Positions 61,453 to 64,000 of a stretch of DNA of 64,000 bases are shown one piece after another. Each line of letters starts with the position of its first letter. The first letter of the stretch is position 1. The position numbers and the translations under genes were made by a program. Under the pieces are notes generated by a model. The model saw only the letters and a program-made list of their open reading frames with translations. It made no database searches and had not been told where the DNA came from. Source of the DNA: Stegostoma tigrinum (taxonomy: Eukaryota); assembly GCF_030684315.1 (NCBI RefSeq), contig NC_081394.1, positions 6,120,658 to 6,184,657 of the forward strand. The letters run 5' to 3'.

Positions 61453-64000
61453 TTGCTTGTCTCTGATCGTGTTTTTGGGATCCTTAAGGGGGAGGGTGAG
61501 CAGCTCCAAGTCGTGGTCCACATTGGCACCAACAACATAGGTAGGAAGAGAGATGGGGATTTAAGGCAGAAATTCAGGGAGCTAGGATGGAAGCTGAGAG
61601 CTAGGACGAACAGAGTTGTTGTCTCTGGTTTGCTGCCCATGCCACGTGCTAGTGAGGCGAGGAATACAGAGAGAGAGGCGTTGAACACGTGGCTACAGGG
61701 ATGGTGCAGGAGGGAGGGTTTTGGATTGTTGGATAATTGGGGCTCTTTCTGGGGTAGGTGGGACCTCTACAAGCAGGATGGTCTTCACCTGAACCAGAGG
61801 GGTACCGATATCCTTGGGGGGAAATTTGCTAAGGCTATTTGGGTGGGTTTAAACTAATTCAGCAGGGGGATGGGAACCAAAATTATTGTTCGAGTATAGA
61901 AAAGGTTGAGAGTAGGGAGGTCCGAAATAAAGTTTCAGGGATGCAAGATGGCACCGGCAAGCAAGAGGTTGGTTTGAAGTGTGTCTACTTCAATGCCAGG
62001 AGCGTCCAGAATAAGGTGGGTGAACTTGCAGCATGGGTTAGCACCTGGGACTTCGATGTTGTGGCCATTTCGGAGACATGGATACAGCAGGGACAGGAAT
62101 GGTTGTTGCAGGTTCCGGGATTTAGATGTTTCAGTAAGAACAGAGAAGATGGTAAAAGGGGCTGAGGTGTGGCATTGTTGGTCAAGGACAGTATTACAGT
62201 TGCAGAAAGGATGTTTGGGGACTCATCAACTGAGGTAGTATGGTCTGAGGTTAGAAACAGGAAAGGAGAGGTCACCCTGTTGGGAGTTTTCTATAGGCCT
62301 CCGAATAGTTCCAGGTATGTAGAGGAAAGGACAGCAAAGACGATTCTCGATAGGAGTGAGAGAGACAGCGTAGTTGTCATGGGGGACTTCAACTTTCCAA
62401 ATATTGACTGGGAACACTACAGTTCGAGTACTATAGATGGGTCAGTTTTTGTCCAGTGTGTGCAGGAGGGCTTCCTGACACAGTATGTAGACAAGCCAAC
62501 AAGGGGCGAAGCCACATTAGATTTGGTACTGGGTGATGAGCCCGGCCACGTGTTAGATTTGGAAGTAGGTGAGCACTTTGGTGATAGCGATCGCAATTCT
62601 GTTATGTTTACTTTAGTAATGTAAAGGGATAGGCGTATACCACTGGGCAAGAGTTACAGCTGGGGGAAAGGCAATTACGATGAGATTAGGCAAGATTTAG
62701 GGACCATAGGATGGGCAAGGAAACTGCAGAGGATGGGCACATTAGAAATGTGGAGCCTATTCAAGGAAAAGCTCCTGTGTGTCCTAGATGAGTATGTACC
62801 TGTCAGGCAGGGAGGAAGCTGTAGAGCGCGGCAGCCGTGGTTTACGAAGGAGGTGGAATCTCTGGTCAAGAGGAAGAAGAGGGCTTATATTAGGATGAGA
62901 TGTGAAGGCTCAGTTAGGGCGCTTGAAGGCTATGAGGTAGCCAGGAAAGACCTAAAGAGAGAGCTCAGAAGAGCCAGGAGACATAAGAAGTTGTTGGCGG
63001 ATAGGATCAGGGTAAACCCTAAGGTATTTAAGGAATAAAAGAATGACGAAAATAAGATTAGGGCCAATCAAGGATTGTAGTGGGAAGTTGTGTGTGGAGT
63101 CAGAGGAGATAGGGGAAGCACTAAATGAATATTTTTTGACAGTATTCACTCTAGAAAATGACAATGTTGTCGAGGAGAATACTGAGATACAGGCTACTAG
63201 ACTAGGTGGGATTGAGGTTCACAAGGAAGAGGTATTAGGAATCCTACAAAATGTGAAGACAGATAAGTCCCCTGGGCTGGATGGGTTTTATCCTAGGATC
63301 CTCTGGGAAGCCAGGGAGGAGATTGCTGAGTCTTTGGCATTGATCTTTAACTCGTCATTGTTTACAGGAATAGTGCCAGACGATTGGAGGATGGCAAATG
63401 TGGTTCCCCTGTTCAAGAAGGGGAGTAGAGACAGCCCTGGTAATTATAGACCAGTGAGCCTTACCTCAGTCGTTGGTAAAGTGTTGGAAAAGGTTATAAG
63501 AGACAGGATTTATAATCATCTGGAAAAGAATAAACTGATTAGGGATAGTCAGCATGGTTTTGTGAAGGGTAGGTCGTGCCACACAAACCTTATTGAGTTC
63601 TTTGAGAAGGTGACCAAGCAGGTAGATGAGAGTAAACCGGTTGATGTGATGTATATGGATTTCAGCAAGGCGTTCGATAAGGTTCCCCACAGTAGGCTAT
63701 TGTACAAAATGCGGAGGAATGGGATTGTGGGAGATATAGCAGTTTGGATCGGAAATTGGCTTGCTGAAAGAAGACAGAGGGTGGTAATTGATGGGAAATG
63801 TTCATCCTGGAGACCAGTTACTAGTGGTGTACCCCAAGGGTTGGTGTTGGGTCCACTGCTGTTTGTCATTTTTATAAATGACCTGGATGAGGGCGTAGAA
63901 GGATGGGTTAGTAAATTTGCAGATGACACTAAGGTCGGTGGAGTTGTGGATAGTGACGAAGGATGCTGTAGGTTGCAGAGAGACATAGATAAGCTGCAGA
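61453..64000 (+). mobile_element. CR1 LINE: ORF1 SGNH esterase (to 61857), ORF2 APE endonuclease and RT; disrupted and cut by window edge
   Basis: VVVHIGTNNIG..DGLHLN; YFNARS..ISETW; VFYRPP; MGDFNFP; LDLVL; SD; YRPVSLTS; [13 protein letters not shown]; GVPQG; KFADDTK. Confidence 0.95.

Overview
Eukaryotic, repeat-dense vertebrate genomic DNA with two N-gaps, almost certainly from a cartilaginous fish: it carries HE1/V-SINEs, a SacSINE1-like DeuSINE and HER1/CR1 LINEs, and resembles an orectolobiform shark (inference). Host genes: (1) a two-exon MRPL50 on the minus strand, with a CpG-island NRF1/ZNF143 promoter and an intron filled by a G-rich VNTR; (2) a Siglec-like immunoglobulin receptor cluster on the plus strand. 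The cluster has an orphan tyrosine-motif tail exon, a V+TM pseudogene that looks like an activating-type receptor, and an apparently intact gene (leader exon plus V-set exon with the sialic-acid-binding Arg) that runs out of the window. Most of the rest is retroelements: CR1 and L2-like LINEs, SINEs, Gmr1-type gypsy remnants, an HSC70 retrocopy fragment and at least three Penelope-like element (PLE) families, each ending in a minimal hammerhead ribozyme (HHR) motif. The most striking pattern is about 20 copies of one PLE terminus. Many are 130-250 bp asymmetric fold-back insertions with 11-16 bp target-site duplications (TSDs), three have empty paralogous sites inside the window, and one interrupts a Siglec-like exon. 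All calls were made by eye without database searches, and the boundaries of old repeats are approximate.
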